Shown piece by piece: positions 39,601 through 51,691 of a stretch of DNA of 64,000 nucleotides. Where the stretch lies: positions 12,847 through 76,846 of the IMG/VR virus record IMGVR_UViG_3300033150_002805. One strand, 5' to 3'. Each line of letters opens with the position of its first letter. The stretch's first letter is position 1. The notes under the pieces were generated by a model, which saw only the letters and a list, made by a program, of their open reading frames with translations, did no database searches and had not been told where the DNA came from. The translations under genes and the position numbers were made by a program. This DNA is from a virus.

Positions 39601-39831
39601 ATGAGTCCTAAAGGAATTTATGATCATGGAGGCCCCAGCGAAAAAATAATAAAACAAATCCTTAAACATCGAATTCGAGGGTATAGTTTAAGAACGATTG
39701 GAAAAATGTTTCATTATTCAAGGCAACGAATTCATCAAATAATCAAAGAAAACAAACATGAGCCTAAGTTCAAAAATCTTTATAAGGAGATCGAATTAAC
39801 CCAATCGTTTCTTCGTAGGAAGATAGAATAA
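39601..39831 (+). CDS. HTH protein (sigma70 region 4-like)
   Basis: GYSLRTIGKMFHYSRQRIHQI. Confidence 0.75.
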   Translation: MSPKGIYDHGGPSEKIIKQILKHRIRGYSLRTIGKMFHYSRQRIHQIIKENKHEPKFKNLYKEIELTQSFLRRKIE

Positions 39832-39966
39832 AGAGGAGGAATGCGAGATTGTTAATTTCGTAGAAATCCGCTTGAAATATATTAACATTGATATATCAAA
39901 AAAGTTGTTTTCTACGACAGTCTGGCTTCCTCCTCTATATTCTCAAAAAAAAGTCAATCAAAACTA

Positions 39967-40235
39967 TGTATACATCAACTTTTCTCATCGCATTGGTAAC
40001 GGGTATTACAGAAGTAATAAAACGTGCCTTTAAACTAAATAAAAGATATTTACCCTTGATTTCCTTGATTTTGGGAATAGGAATTGCATTCTTGGTTCAG
40101 AATGGTTTTGATTATACATCAAAAGAAACTATCTTATTCGGAATAATGATAGGACTTTCATCATGTGGACTTTTTTCTGGGATTAAATCATTTATTTATG
40201 TTGCGGAAAAACTCAGCCAAAAAACTAAAAGATAA
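39967..40235 (+). CDS. Holin-like membrane protein
   Basis: LVTGITEVIK..RYLPLISLILGI..GIMIGLSSCGLFSG. Confidence 0.75.
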
Positions 40236-40719
40236 GATTTTAGTTTTAGTAGTTTTAATTCTGCTTATCCCAATCCAAATCAGTAATTCTGAAATTTCCA
40301 AAATTCCAGAAACTAAGGGATTTATCATTAAAGAAAAAAATAGTTTGATTGCAATGACTTCAATGGTTTCTGTTGAAAATCATTCATATAAAACTCTTAA
40401 TAGTTTTGAACATAAAAAAGCCGTTGAAATTCTTTTAAAAGAGATAATAAAACGAGAAAGTGGTGGAAATCCTAAGGTGTGTAATTCAAATGGCTGTATT
40501 TATGGTCAAGGTCTTACTCAAATTATTCCCAGTAGTGTTGAATTTTGTGAAAAAGGTTTAAAGAAAGAAATAAATCCGTTCAATTCCGAAGATAATTTAC
40601 TCTGTGCTCGTTATCTTTTAGAACATGGTGGAATATGGCATTGGGAAAAATATTCGGGTCCCTATGTTTCTCTCTTAAAAGATTTAAATTTATATGAGGA
40701 ATTCTACTTACTTAATTAA
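40165..40719 (+). CDS. Lytic transglycosylase (SLT-like) with N-terminal membrane anchor
   Basis: IIKRESGGNP, GLTQI, NPFNSEDN..A..L. Confidence 0.75.
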   Translation: MDFFLGLNHLFMLRKNSAKKLKDKILVLVVLILLIPIQISNSEISKIPETKGFIIKEKNSLIAMTSMVSVENHSYKTLNSFEHKKAVEILLKEIIKRESGGNPKVCNSNGCIYGQGLTQIIPSSVEFCEKGLKKEINPFNSEDNLLCARYLLEHGGIWHWEKYSGPYVSLLKDLNLYEEFYLLN

Positions 40720-40752
40720 AAAAGGTCGACAAATAAAAATAAAAATAAAAAT

Positions 40753-41298
40753 ATGAATTACAATCACTTATACTTATCAGCCAAATTCGCTGCTTATCTA
40801 TTGCATAAAGGAATGCTTGATCCGTTAACTCTCGCTTACCAAGAATTCTTAGAACGCCAGAATTTTCCATTTGAATTAAAGGAAAAGCGAATCGCAGTTC
40901 AAGCAGTATTTAAAGGACTTTGTGAACTTTACGCTTCTCGTGGTTTTAAAGAAGAAGATCTAATTTCTAGCAAAGAAATTTTGGAAGAAGCGAAGAAAAT
41001 TGTGAAAGAAATCTGGAATAATGAACCTCAACTCTGGGAAAAGAAAGAAAAAACAGAAAGTTCTCAATTAATTCAGAAAACAATTGAGAGTTTTAAGGAA
41101 AAACAAACCAAAACGAAAAAATCATATGTTCTTGATATCAAAGGTCGAGGAAAAGTGAAGGATTTTCATGCTACTTGTTTTGCTGATTCAAAAGAAGAAG
41201 CTTATAAATTGTTAACTGAAAAATTTCCTGCACTTAAGGAACAGAAAAAAGAAATAGTAATCAAAACAATCAAAGAAAAAAATGGAGACGGCTTCTAA
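40753..41298 (+). CDS. Hypothetical protein
   Basis: ORF with AAGGTCG leader. Confidence 0.55.
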   Translation: MNYNHLYLSAKFAAYLLHKGMLDPLTLAYQEFLERQNFPFELKEKRIAVQAVFKGLCELYASRGFKEEDLISSKEILEEAKKIVKEIWNNEPQLWEKKEKTESSQLIQKTIESFKEKQTKTKKSYVLDIKGRGKVKDFHATCFADSKEEAYKLLTEKFPALKEQKKEIVIKTIKEKNGDGF

Positions 41299-41755
41299 AA
41301 AAATATTAAATAGAGCTGAGGAATCAGGAATGATCACGAAAAAGAATTTCATAAAATTCAAAGGTACTGGTAAACATATAGTAAAATTCATAAGCGATAA
41401 GATAATTCATGGCACTAATTTCAAAACGGGAAAGCCAGAAGATAAAGTCAGTTATGTATTTGAAGAAAATGGAAAGGAGAAATTATATGAAACAGCCATC
41501 TTTAAACAGGATCCCGAAACTGGTGAAAAGAGTTTAAGTCATTTTATTCAAAGTATGGCTGAATTTGAGTATGGAGATTTACTTGAAATGGAATGGAAAC
41601 CGATTCCTGGCACTCCTCGAGGCTTTATAGATATCAAAAAGGCTGAAACTTCGAAAAAAACGACAGATGACGAGATTCCAGTTATTGAAGAACCATTGAT
41701 TGAATTTTCAAAAGAAGAAGATAATGAAATAAAATCCGAGGATATCTTTGAATGA
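41282..41755 (+). CDS. Possible ssDNA-binding protein
   Basis: Beta-rich core and acidic C-terminal tail ending EDIFE. Confidence 0.4.
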   Translation: METASKKILNRAEESGMITKKNFIKFKGTGKHIVKFISDKIIHGTNFKTGKPEDKVSYVFEENGKEKLYETAIFKQDPETGEKSLSHFIQSMAEFEYGDLLEMEWKPIPGTPRGFIDIKKAETSKKTTDDEIPVIEEPLIEFSKEEDNEIKSEDIFE

Positions 41756-41988
41756 CAATAAGCCGCAAACTAGCTCAAAAATTTAATGGGTTTCCACTTT
41801 ATCGTTTTAAAGTGGAAAGCAGAACCAAAGCAGGAAAATTTTATACCGTTGAACTTTATCGAAATGGTAAATTTTTATGTGATTGTCCAGCAAATTGTTT
41901 CCAAAAGATAGAATGTTATCATATAAAGAAGGTGAAAAGTCAACTAAATTATGATAAGCAAATCAAAATTAAGAAGAATTCAATATGA
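41752..41988 (+). CDS. SWIM zinc-finger protein
   Basis: V.S...Y.V...CDCPA...CYHI. Confidence 0.7.
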   Translation: MTISRKLAQKFNGFPLYRFKVESRTKAGKFYTVELYRNGKFLCDCPANCFQKIECYHIKKVKSQLNYDKQIKIKKNSI

Positions 41989-42201
41989 AAAAAGCAAAGA
42001 AAGGATAAGACAAGAGTTTGGATTGAAAAATAAAAAAAGTTATGAGGATTACCTAATCCAAGCAGCAAAGAATGGTAATAAAGAATGTAAAGATTTTTTG
42101 GATCTCAATGGTTTTAGAAAAAGAAGATTGAGAAAAAGAACAAGGAAATAGTTTTACTACTATTTGATTAAGAGAAACATCAAATTTGGGGGAAAAAAGA
42201 T

Positions 42202-44346
42202 ATGTTCTGGTTCAAAAGAAAAAAATACGAAATAGCATTGGGAGCAGTCCCTGAACCCTTTGATATTCGAGACCATAGAATTGAAGAAGTATTAAGAGCT
42301 TTCCCATCTTTTGATTGGGAGAAAGGATTTGATATTGAAGAAAAATTGGGAATTAAAATACCGATTAAAAATCAGGGAAGTTCAGGAAGTTGCGTTGGGC
42401 AGGCTTGGAGTTATTATGCAGGAATTTTAGAAGCGTTTGAAATTGGGATTTATAGGGAAAAATCAGCTCGTTGGATTTATTCTCAGATTTATTTACCGAA
42501 TGGAGGAGCCTATCTGAGGCAAGGTGGAAAAATATTGACTAATCAGGGAGTAGTGCCAAGCGTTCTATTTCCAGACAAAAGAACTGAAATGGAAATGCGA
42601 GAGAGAAAAGACGCTACCAAAGATTTAGAAGCAATCGCTAAAGTCTATTTGAAAGAAAATTATTTATCAATTCCAGAAAGAAATATAGATGAAATTGCCT
42701 CAATTATGGCAATGAATAATGGTTTCGTTTCAGGAGTTAAGGACGACTTCACACAATGGAATTCCGCCTTTCCTAAAATGGGAATTAAAGATGACAATGG
42801 ACACGCTTTATATTTCTGCAAAGCCAGAAAAATAAATGGCAGAAAATATCTTGGATTTATTAATTCCTGGGGATGTTATGATAAGAGGACAGAAATTTTA
42901 ACTGATAAAGGATGGAAATCCTTTGAAAATTTAGACGGAACGGAAAAAGTTGCAACATTAAATCCAGATATTCATGAATTAGAATATCAAAAAATTAAAA
43001 AGAAATTCATTTATGATTATGATGGGTATCTTTGGCATTATAAAGCAAGAGATATTGATTTACTGATTACTCCAAATCATAAATTATATATTCAGCCAAC
43101 ACGTAGAAATAAATGGTTATTATTAGAAGCAGATAAGATATGGATTAAAGGATTTAGAATGAAAAAAAATGCTAAATGGCAAGGAAGAGAAAAAAGATAT
43201 TATCAGATTGGTAAAAAGAAAATTCCAATGGATTTATGGCTTGAATTTTTAGGATATTTTATTTCAGAAGGTCATATTTCTTTTAATAAATTTTGGCGAA
43301 AAGAAAGAATTAGAAAGAGGAAATATAAAGTAAAAGGAGAATTATTAAGAGATCCTAAGACTGGAAAGTTTATTCCTTCTCCAAAAAAAAAGAAAAAGAT
43401 TATAAAAGAATGCTGGGTTAAAGAAAAACCTTATAAACAATTTACTTATATAACTGGTATCAGTCAAAAGACAAAAAATTCAAAAATAGAAAAATGCCTT
43501 TCTCGATTACCTTGGAAATTTAGTTATTATAATCATACTTTTTCTACAAACAATAAAGATTTATATTTAGAATTAAAACCATTAGGAAAAGCTCCTCAAA
43601 AATATATTCCTAACTATATTAAACAGTTATCATCAAGACAATTAAGAATATTTTTTAAAGCCTTAATGTTAGGAGATGGAAGTGGAAACCCTTTAAAAAA
43701 ATGGACTTATTATACTTCCTCTAAAAGATTAGCAAATGATGTTCAGGAAATTCTATTAAAAATGGGTTGGGCGGGAGATATTTCTTTTACTGATAGACGA
43801 GGAAGAAAAAATAAAAAAGGAATAACAAAATTTATTGAATATAGAATTGGAATTAAAACAAAAGAATTAACTCCAGGAAAAAAATGGAAACCTAAATTAG
43901 TTCCATATAAAGGAAAAGTTTATTGTATAGAAGTTCCAAATCATTTAATTTATGTTAGAAGAAATGGAAAAGCTGTTTGGAGTGGGAATTCAGACTGGGG
44001 AGACAAAGGATGGGGATGGTTAGGAGAAGAATGGATCAATGCTGGTAGATTTTTCAATCCAAAAACAATTATGGATTTACCATCAGAAGTAGAAAGAAAA
44101 ATGGAGAAACCGCATTATATCTTTAACAACAATTTAAAATATGGAATGAAGAATAATGAAGAAGTTAAAAAACTTCAAGAATGTCTGGCTTATGAAGAAT
44201 GCTTCCTTTATCCAGAATTCACTGGTAATTTTTATGGATATACATTAAGAGCAGTTCGTTGCTATCAGGCTAAATATGGCATTGAACCTATTTCAGGATT
44301 TGTAGGACCAAAAACAAGGGCAATGTTGAATAAACACTTTGCCTAA
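42202..44346 (+). CDS. Papain-like (C1) peptidase with C-terminal peptidoglycan-binding domain (putative endolysin), containing an intein
   Basis: NQGSSGSCVG, GHAL, NSWG; C-terminal L.YG...VKKLQ..L..TG.F...T..AV..YQ...G.VGPKTR..LN. Confidence 0.82.
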   Translation: MFWFKRKKYEIALGAVPEPFDIRDHRIEEVLRAFPSFDWEKGFDIEEKLGIKIPIKNQGSSGSCVGQAWSYYAGILEAFEIGIYREKSARWIYSQIYLPNGGAYLRQGGKILTNQGVVPSVLFPDKRTEMEMRERKDATKDLEAIAKVYLKENYLSIPERNIDEIASIMAMNNGFVSGVKDDFTQWNSAFPKMGIKDDNGHALYFCKARKINGRKYLGFINSWGCYDKRTEILTDKGWKSFENLDGTEKVATLNPDIHELEYQKIKKKFIYDYDGYLWHYKARDIDLLITPNHKLYIQPTRRNKWLLLEADKIWIKGFRMKKNAKWQGREKRYYQIGKKKIPMDLWLEFLGYFISEGHISFNKFWRKERIRKRKYKVKGELLRDPKTGKFIPSPKKKKKIIKECWVKEKPYKQFTYITGISQKTKNSKIEKCLSRLPWKFSYYNHTFSTNNKDLYLELKPLGKAPQKYIPNYIKQLSSRQLRIFFKALMLGDGSGNPLKKWTYYTSSKRLANDVQEILLKMGWAGDISFTDRRGRKNKKGITKFIEYRIGIKTKELTPGKKWKPKLVPYKGKVYCIEVPNHLIYVRRNGKAVWSGNSDWGDKGWGWLGEEWINAGRFFNPKTIMDLPSEVERKMEKPHYIFNNNLKYGMKNNEEVKKLQECLAYEECFLYPEFTGNFYGYTLRAVRCYQAKYGIEPISGFVGPKTRAMLNKHFA
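42874..43989 (+). mobile_element. Intein (372 aa) with LAGLIDADG domain
   Basis: Starts CYDKRTEILTDKGWK; block B TPNH; FLGYFISEG and LMLGDG; ends VYCIEVPNH..VWSGN with +1 Ser. Confidence 0.92.
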
Positions 44347-44423
44347 TGCCCAAAGGAATTTAATGAAATTTCTTAAATTAATAATCCAAATAATATAAAA
44401 TAACCTTAATACTCAATTAAACA

Positions 44424-44639
44424 ATGATTAAATATTTTTGTGATAAATGTGGTGAAGAGATAAAACAAGGTTCAGATTCTGGACATTTTGTTTATCTTTC
44501 AAAAGAGATTGCACTTGATCCAAAGACTAAACGATTAAGTTCTGGATTAAAATCTCGGGAATTTCAATTATGCGAAAAACATGGTAAAGAAATTTTGGAA
44601 TTCATTCAGAATAAAGATAAAAAATTAAAGGTCGAATAA
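44424..44639 (+). CDS. Small zinc-binding protein
   Basis: CDKCG...LCEKH. Confidence 0.6.
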   Translation: MIKYFCDKCGEEIKQGSDSGHFVYLSKEIALDPKTKRLSSGLKSREFQLCEKHGKEILEFIQNKDKKLKVE

Positions 44640-45196
44640 TTTTAAAATAAAGAGATTCCTATATAATTTGGGCTATCCTAAACGATCCACTCTGGGACGT
44701 GTATCTTGTCGTCCTAAAGAATTTGATTCAGATATTTTCCCAAGACCAAACTTTAAATGTAATGAAGATTGTCCCTATTATATATTCTGTAAAATGGAAG
44801 TAAGCAAAACAACTTTACAAGATAGAATAAGAAAACTAAGACTTTCATTGCAAAGACCATATCATCTATTTTCTGCTATGGAAAATGGAGATATTTATTT
44901 AGTTTTTGAAAATGACAAGGGAGAAAGAATTTCTTTTCGGGAAAAGACAATCGCTGGCTGTGTTAAAAAAGCCGAAGATTATTTAGAAGCATCAAAAATT
45001 AGAGCTGGGCAGCAAAAAAAATTGGAAGAAAAGAAGGAAATAGAAAAAGAAAAAACAGATGAAAAGATAAAGGTAGAAACAAATATTCGTGATGATAGAG
45101 GAAAAAAATTCTCAGATTCAGATTCAGATTAGAATTTATTGATATATTTCACTTGGGTTAGTCTTAGTATTGTCTTAAAACTTTTTTTTGAGTAAG

Positions 45197-45229
45197 AAAA
45201 GAGCTTCTTCGAGGAAGAGGCTCTTTTTT
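45197..45229. terminator. Bidirectional rho-independent terminator at the convergence point
   Basis: aaaagagcttcttc-gag-gaagaggctcttttt. Confidence 0.7.
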
Positions 45230-45469
45230 GAACCTGGGTTCACTTGAATTATTCTAAATAAAATCTAATCTTTTGTCAGAAAACATTGATTTAAACCATA
45301 TAAAATAAGAATTACTCCTAAAGCAACTTTAATACTAAAAACATCTGCTACAAGAAAAAGTCCAACAACTGCAAGTAAGAATTTATAAACAAATGATAGA
45401 AAAGATTTCATAATTCCATGTCAACCGAATGGTTAACATAGTTAATTCTTATTATCGACCTTTGATAGT

Positions 45470-45670
45470 TTATTTTGATTCCTCTTTTTTCAGTTCTTCG
45501 TTTTCTTTAATCAATTCATTAAGCATTTCAATTTTTCCTTTCAATTCCGTTATCTCAGAAGCAAGTTGATTTCTGATATTTTCAGTATTTTGGAATTGCT
45601 GAAGTTTTTGTTGAAGTTTAGTCCGAAGAATCTCTTGTTTTTGTTTTAATTTTTCCTTTAAATTCTCCAT
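45470..45670 (-). CDS. Small coiled-coil protein (possible tail fibre chaperone)
   Basis: Heptad pattern; downstream of the tail genes. Confidence 0.5.
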   Translation of the reverse strand: MENLKEKLKQKQEILRTKLQQKLQQFQNTENIRNQLASEITELKGKIEMLNELIKENEELKKEESK

Positions 45671-45706
45671 TATTTCAAAATATCAAATATTAAATATTTG
45701 TCAAAT

Positions 45707-45985
45707 TTAGTCAGTCAAAAGAAAAACAATTAAACCTGTCATAATAGAAAGTAAAGCACCAATAACTAAAGAAAAAAGCCAAGTTGGACGTCTATTTAAA
45801 CTATTTTCTATTTTACTCAAAACTGTTTTTGACTCCTCAAATTCTTTTTTAAGCCAACAAAGATCTTTCTTTATTTTAGCCATTTCAATTTTAACCCCTC
45901 CCAATTCCTCATTGATTACACTCAAACGATATTCCATCTGATTTAATATTTCATTTTTTTGTTTATTTAAGTAACTTCCAGACAT
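45707..45985 (-). CDS. Coiled-coil protein with C-terminal transmembrane helix (XhlA/holin-like)
   Basis: RPTWLFSLVIGALLSIMTGLIVFLL. Confidence 0.55.
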   Translation of the reverse strand: MSGSYLNKQKNEILNQMEYRLSVINEELGGVKIEMAKIKKDLCWLKKEFEESKTVLSKIENSLNRRPTWLFSLVIGALLSIMTGLIVFLLTD

Positions 45986-46039
45986 ATTTAATTATTTTAA
46001 TCTATCAAAGATTAAGGGTCAAGATTTCTTTTCTTCTCA

Positions 46040-49000
46040 TTATATTGCTTCTGCTGTTACCTTATACCAGTTGGTGCCATTGCTAAAAACCATATCTTGT
46101 TGAGTAGTATCAAAATACACAAAACCTTTATAATCAGATGCATTTCCTGGTGGGCTACTTAACTGACGAAGACCCAATGGCATCCACATATCAAATCCTT
46201 TGCTAGTTAATTGAACATAATCCGATCCTGCTCTTTTGATATATTTATCTGCTCCTATATCTATATCTCCCGAGACGTCTATATTGCCTGATACGTCTAT
46301 ATTTCCTGAAAGATAAAGATTTTGCCATTTATAGGAAGAAGAACCTAGATCGTAGTTATCTGTAACATAAGGAAGTAAAGAATTAGCAAATTTATTACCA
46401 CAGATTGAAAGATTAGAAGTCGGACCTCCTATTGTTAAAAAATCACTATCTTCTTGAGTTGAAATTATTAACCCCCCTCCCACTTCTCCCACGATTGCTG
46501 CTAAATCGGCATCCCCAGAAGAAACCCAAACTAGTGCATCTGGAAAATGTGGAACTCCTGTTTCCCGAATTTCTAATCTAAAATTCCCAGCAGATGCGGT
46601 TCTCAGTAGTGTTCCAGTTATAGTGCCTCCAGTTATAGTTGAGGCAGTGATATCACCACTGAAAGTGGCATCACCTGTGTTATCTACTGCAAAAGTTGTA
46701 TTTCCTGCCTTTTTTCCTAAAATTCCAGTTGGAGAAAGCCATAAACCATTATTGGCATCAGTTTTTATTGCTATCGCTCCAGAATCCTGAAATTGAAATT
46801 CAGCAAGAATTCTTTGGGTTTGGGTATTCAATTTGCTACTTATCAATTCAGTAGTTAGGTTTCCTGAACTATCTAAGCTATCATAAGCTCTTGTTGCACC
46901 CTCTCTCTGTATTTCTGGCTCAACAGCAGTTTGTTTCGCATTTATTATTGCTGAACCTTCGGTATTATCATTTTTCGCACCAGTACTTATCAATATCTGT
47001 GATTCTGGATTAAGATATAATTCATAATAATCTCCATTAGAAATAGCGTAAGGCAAAGCATCAAAATGCAAAGTATCATCACTAGCTGTAAAATCAGTAA
47101 TCGTTCTTGTAAGTCCCATATTATCTCCAGAAAGTATTTTTAATTCATAACCATTCCAAAAATCATCTGTTTCATTTAAAGCACTATCTCTTAAGCTGGT
47201 GGTAGAACCAGAATCGGCCTGAACGCCTCTTTTACTCAGTTTAGTAGTTTTTCTTAAGACAAGTTTGTATATTTCATAAGAACAATTGGAATCAGTTGTG
47301 TTAAAAGGATCATGTCCTTCAACTATTATCTCATGCTCATAGTTTTGAGCGATAATATGCTTCTCTGGTTTTGAATCTGGGTTTACCCAAAGAACATAAC
47401 CCCTCCATTGATCTTTTTTCCAATCAGCACTTGTATCTACTAAACTATTCTCACCTGCTTTCACCGAACCAGTTCCACTTTCTTCTGGAGAAGAACCAAC
47501 ATCCTTTCCACACCAAACATTTTTCTCATCCAAGTATAAATAATAAGTAGTACCAGAAGTCATTGTACCCGTGCTACCAGACTCTATCACTCGATAAACT
47601 CCATTTGGTAGTTGAAAAGTTCCTCCTGTCCAGTCTATTTGATCATTGGAAGGAGCAGAAAACTGAATATCTTCTGTTATCCAATGTAATGCACCAGGTT
47701 CTAATCTTGATGCATCTATTCTGGTTATTATATTTCCAAACCAAGTTAATTGTCTATCAATATATTCTCTATCTGTTTCCACTTGAGTACTTAAATCTGG
47801 TCTTGGTTTTGATAGTTCTAAAACTGCTTCTCTTGGTGCAAGTGTAATTTTATGAATTACCAAAACATCATCGGGAAATAATGAAGTATTTTTGGTATCT
47901 CTTATGTTAATAACATCACCTAATTTTAAACTTAAAATATCAAAATTGGTATCCGAGACTGTAACGGTTATTTCGGCTTTCAAATCTTTCGCTTCTTTTA
48001 ATCTGGCTTGAGCCAATAATTCAGCTTGAGTATAAGTAGAGACTTTGGAATCAGTAATTCTATCAGCAACTCTATCATATTTTTCTTGAGAATCTGAATC
48101 TTCTGCGGTCATCAAGACTTTTTCTCCAGTTCTTCCTTGTTCATTCCAGAAATAAACTGTATTAACCAAACTTTCAATATTCTTTCTCATTGACAAGTTG
48201 GTAATATGCTTATTTATCTGTAAGATATGATCAGCAGTAGTTGAAAGTGTTTTTAATCTAAATCTTGATTTCCCAGTGGTATCATCCTCATCCAAATAAT
48301 AATACCAAAAATCTCCAGTTGCTTGATTCTTTGACAAAAATTTTCCTATCTCTTTGATCGCTTCTAAGTGTTTAAAATTGAAATATCTATATGGAATATT
48401 CCCTAATGCCGAAGTATCTTCAATATAATCAGTATCAGACCAGTATGAATCTGGATCATCTATCATACATGGACCATAATCTCCATAGGTAGCATTTATG
48501 CTATCTCTATAATTTTCCAATATTTTCTTTATATGTTGATCTATCTTTTGATTTTCAACTTCAAAGGCTAAATATTCTCCTGTTTGTTGCAAGAAATCAT
48601 TTTGTAATTTAGAAACAGCACCCAAACAAGTAATAGCAGTCCTTTCTTCTCCTGCTTGAATAGTTGGATCAATTGAACTAATATAGCCATAATAAACCAA
48701 TTTGGGATCTGAATTCCATTTGTTTCTAAAATAAATTCTGATTTTGCTATTTAATGAAATATCAGAAGCCAAATCATCAATTTTGTCTTTCAAAGTAATC
48801 GTTACTGGTCCTGAACCAGAATACAGAGTTTTTTCTATTGAAACATCACTTAAAGCTTCATTCAAATTTCTCTGATAGACATCATCTTTATCATAGAGTT
48901 TAATAAGAACTTTTCTTTCTATCAAAATACTCTCACTACTTGAGGAATAACTTGAAAAACTTGAAAAACTGCTACTACTCGAACTAAAACTCGAAGAAGA

Positions 49001-51322
49001 ACTACTACTAGAAGAAAAACTCAAGGATGAGGAAGAAAAAGAACTTGAACTAGAACTGCTAGATGAAAAAGAAGAACTACCAGATGAGAAAGAAGAACTA
49101 CTAGATGAAAAAGAATAACTGCTACTAGATGAGGAAGAAAAAGAACTTGAGGAAGAACTTGAGGAAACAGCAGAAAGATAATTTAAATAATCCCATAATG
49201 ATTTACTATTTTGGTTACTGCCAGCACTCCAATCACCGAATATTATCTTATTATCCGTTGAAGATTCAGTCATTGTTCCTGAAAGCCTCTCAATTCCATC
49301 GACATAAACTTTGATTGATGTATTCTGAACATCAATTCGATAAGTATGATAATCATTGGTTGTATCCATCAAATAAGAATTCCCATCAAAAGCTAACTTT
49401 ATTTTTCCTTTTTCAAACAACAAAAATTCTTTATAACTTCCATCTGCCCAAAGAATTCCCAAACCGTTACCAATATCTCCAGCAGGGGTATCAGTATGAA
49501 CCTTTATTCTTGCTTCTATAAGATAACCTGCTGAAGCATTAAAACCAACATTATCTTGAGTATAGAAGCAGTAATCAGTTTCTCCAGTAGTTGTATCAAG
49601 TGTGAAAATATTGCCATCAGAGCTATGAATCGGACTTCCTGCTTGATCTCTTGTCCAATCATAATTGCCTCCTGAATCTGGTTCCGCAGCTCCATCATAT
49701 TCCTTAGTCCAAGAAACTGAAGAACTGCTAGAAGAACTGCTAAAAGAGGAACTACTGCTTAAACAAGAAGAAGAAGAACTGCTGGAACTTGAACTAAATG
49801 AAGAACTGGAACTACTAGAAGAAAAACTTGATGAACTACTACTCGAAAGACTGCTACTAGAACTGCTAAAACTAGATGAACTGCTTGAAAAAGAAGAACT
49901 ACTAGAACTACTGGAAGAAGAAAATGAAGAACTGCTAGAACTAAAGGACGATGAAGAACTGCTAGAACTTGAAAAACTAGATGAAGATGAACTACTCGAG
50001 GAACTACTTGATGATGAAGAAAAACTAGAACTACTGGAACTTGAAAAACTACTGGAAGATGAGAAACTTGATGAGGAAAATGAACTTGAAGAACTAGAAC
50101 TACTAAAACTAGAAGAACTAGAACTAGAACTTGAGGAAAAACTGGAGCTAGAAGAAAAACTTAAACTAAAGCTGGATGAACTAGAAGATGAGTTTGATAA
50201 ACTCGAACTAGAGGATGAGCTGGATGAATAAGGTTCTTCGGCAATATGGTCAAAGTAAGTAGTAACAGTCCCAGTTGGGGCATACAATCTAACTCTATTA
50301 GGACCTGTTGCCCAAGTCGTCCCTGGGGTTTGCCAATCTGTCCAGTCATCATCATCTACCTTCACTCTGAACTTTTTATCAGGCGAGCTTCTCCATTCTA
50401 TCTGAATACAATGCCAAGTGTTAGCAGAATAAGGTCCATATTGAAGGTCGCCACCACTACGACTGACATAAATATAACCACTGCTTTCAAGATAGGTTCC
50501 TGCTACTAAGTTGGTGCTATTTTCAAATAAAGTAAAGAATCCTCCTGTTACACCATTACTGGTTTGCCTAACATAAAAGGTAATTTTTCCTGTGGCAAGC
50601 TGATTTCCTGATTTATAAATTACATTCCCAGTCGGATTCACTATTTCAACCGCTTTTGCCCCTTCTTTAACAACAACTCCCTGTACATCAAATTTGGTAT
50701 CTCCGCTCCAACCTCCTTGTCCATTCAAATCCCCGTCATTATAGGAATTAAAATTGTCGGAAAATATTGGTGAAAGTGGATAAGGATATTCAGCAATGTA
50801 GTCGATGTAAAAATTTCCTGCTGGGTTTTGTGTATTCAATAGTATTTTATCAAGCCCATTCGTCCAAGTAGCATAAGGATTATACCAATTTGTCCAAGTT
50901 CCTTCGTTTATTCTTGCTCTTACCGTATGATTGGTGCTTTCCCATTCTATTTCACACTCATACCAAGTATTGGCTGAGTAAGATTTAATAGATTGCCAAC
51001 CACCGTTTCCATAAATATAAATATTTCCATCATCACCAAAATACAACCTAACACACCTTGTTGTTCCCTCATATAACTGAAATTCAAACCTCGCATTGGT
51101 CTGTGCAGGTCTAATATAAAATGTAACTCTTCCATCGTTTGTTGATGTTCCAGTTTTTGAAATTGTAGCATCTATGGCACTTCCGTCTTCATAAACTGCT
51201 TTTGCCCCCTCATATACGGTTGTTCCTTGAATATCAAAAACAGCATTTCCACTCCAACCCCCTTGTCCGTTCAAATCCCCGTCTGTATAAGAATTAAAAT
51301 TGTCTTCAAAGATTGTGCTCAC
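46040..51322 (-). CDS. Baseplate hub/tail spike-fibre protein with duplicated lectin-like domains and two poly-Ser tracts
   Basis: Follows Dit; two [21 protein letters not shown] domains; Ser tracts; Tal-like centre ([19 protein letters not shown]); [16 protein letters not shown]. Confidence 0.75.
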   Translation of the reverse strand: MSTIFEDNFNSYTDGDLNGQGGWSGNAVFDIQGTTVYEGAKAVYEDGSAIDATISKTGTSTNDGRVTFYIRPAQTNARFEFQLYEGTTRCVRLYFGDDGNIYIYGNGGWQSIKSYSANTWYECEIEWESTNHTVRARINEGTWTNWYNPYATWTNGLDKILLNTQNPAGNFYIDYIAEYPYPLSPIFSDNFNSYNDGDLNGQGGWSGDTKFDVQGVVVKEGAKAVEIVNPTGNVIYKSGNQLATGKITFYVRQTSNGVTGGFFTLFENSTNLVAGTYLESSGYIYVSRSGGDLQYGPYSANTWHCIQIEWRSSPDKKFRVKVDDDDWTDWQTPGTTWATGPNRVRLYAPTGTVTTYFDHIAEEPYSSSSSSSSSLSNSSSSSSSFSLSFSSSSSFSSSSSSSSSSFSSSSSSSSFSSSSFSSSSSFSSSSSSSFSSSSSSSSSSSSSSSFSSSSSSSSSFSSSSSSFSSSSSSSSSSFSSSSSSFSSSSSSLSSSSSSSFSSSSSSSSFSSSSSSSSSSCLSSSSSFSSSSSSSSVSWTKEYDGAAEPDSGGNYDWTRDQAGSPIHSSDGNIFTLDTTTGETDYCFYTQDNVGFNASAGYLIEARIKVHTDTPAGDIGNGLGILWADGSYKEFLLFEKGKIKLAFDGNSYLMDTTNDYHTYRIDVQNTSIKVYVDGIERLSGTMTESSTDNKIIFGDWSAGSNQNSKSLWDYLNYLSAVSSSSSSSSFSSSSSSSYSFSSSSSSFSSGSSSFSSSSSSSSSFSSSSLSFSSSSSSSSSFSSSSSSFSSFSSYSSSSESILIERKVLIKLYDKDDVYQRNLNEALSDVSIEKTLYSGSGPVTITLKDKIDDLASDISLNSKIRIYFRNKWNSDPKLVYYGYISSIDPTIQAGEERTAITCLGAVSKLQNDFLQQTGEYLAFEVENQKIDQHIKKILENYRDSINATYGDYGPCMIDDPDSYWSDTDYIEDTSALGNIPYRYFNFKHLEAIKEIGKFLSKNQATGDFWYYYLDEDDTTGKSRFRLKTLSTTADHILQINKHITNLSMRKNIESLVNTVYFWNEQGRTGEKVLMTAEDSDSQEKYDRVADRITDSKVSTYTQAELLAQARLKEAKDLKAEITVTVSDTNFDILSLKLGDVINIRDTKNTSLFPDDVLVIHKITLAPREAVLELSKPRPDLSTQVETDREYIDRQLTWFGNIITRIDASRLEPGALHWITEDIQFSAPSNDQIDWTGGTFQLPNGVYRVIESGSTGTMTSGTTYYLYLDEKNVWCGKDVGSSPEESGTGSVKAGENSLVDTSADWKKDQWRGYVLWVNPDSKPEKHIIAQNYEHEIIVEGHDPFNTTDSNCSYEIYKLVLRKTTKLSKRGVQADSGSTTSLRDSALNETDDFWNGYELKILSGDNMGLTRTITDFTASDDTLHFDALPYAISNGDYYELYLNPESQILISTGAKNDNTEGSAIINAKQTAVEPEIQREGATRAYDSLDSSGNLTTELISSKLNTQTQRILAEFQFQDSGAIAIKTDANNGLWLSPTGILGKKAGNTTFAVDNTGDATFSGDITASTITGGTITGTLLRTASAGNFRLEIRETGVPHFPDALVWVSSGDADLAAIVGEVGGGLIISTQEDSDFLTIGGPTSNLSICGNKFANSLLPYVTDNYDLGSSSYKWQNLYLSGNIDVSGNIDVSGDIDIGADKYIKRAGSDYVQLTSKGFDMWMPLGLRQLSSPPGNASDYKGFVYFDTTQQDMVFSNGTNWYKVTAEAI

Positions 51323-51689
51323 TGAATTGAACTCCTTGCTCGTCCCTTATAGTTATCAGTTAAACTATGACAGACTTCGCATAGAGTTATTCCATTACTT
51401 GCTTCAAGCCTTAATTCTGGATACTTGGCAAACGACTTTATATGATGAGCCGTTATATAACCTCTTTTACCACAAACTTGACAGGTATAATTATCTCGTT
51501 GAAATACTTTTTCTCTCCATTTTTGATATTGCCATGACTAGTATCCAGTTTTATACGCTCTACTTCCACCTTTCCATAAATGATTATCAGAACCTCTCTT
51601 AACGATTTTAGTATTCCACTCTTTCGTTCTTTTAAATCCTATTGTAAATTGTCCTCCTTGATTCTTAATTTTTCGAAAGTAGTTACCAT
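51319..51689 (-). pseudogene. Degenerate HNH endonuclease (internal TAG and frameshifts)
   Basis: [41 protein letters not shown]. Confidence 0.75.
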
Positions 51690-51691
51690 AG

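Noticed and set aside
51319-51689. Stop-codon reassignment suggested by the in-frame TAG
   Set aside because: The gene also has frameshifts, and TAA, TAG and TGA all terminate well-formed genes elsewhere.
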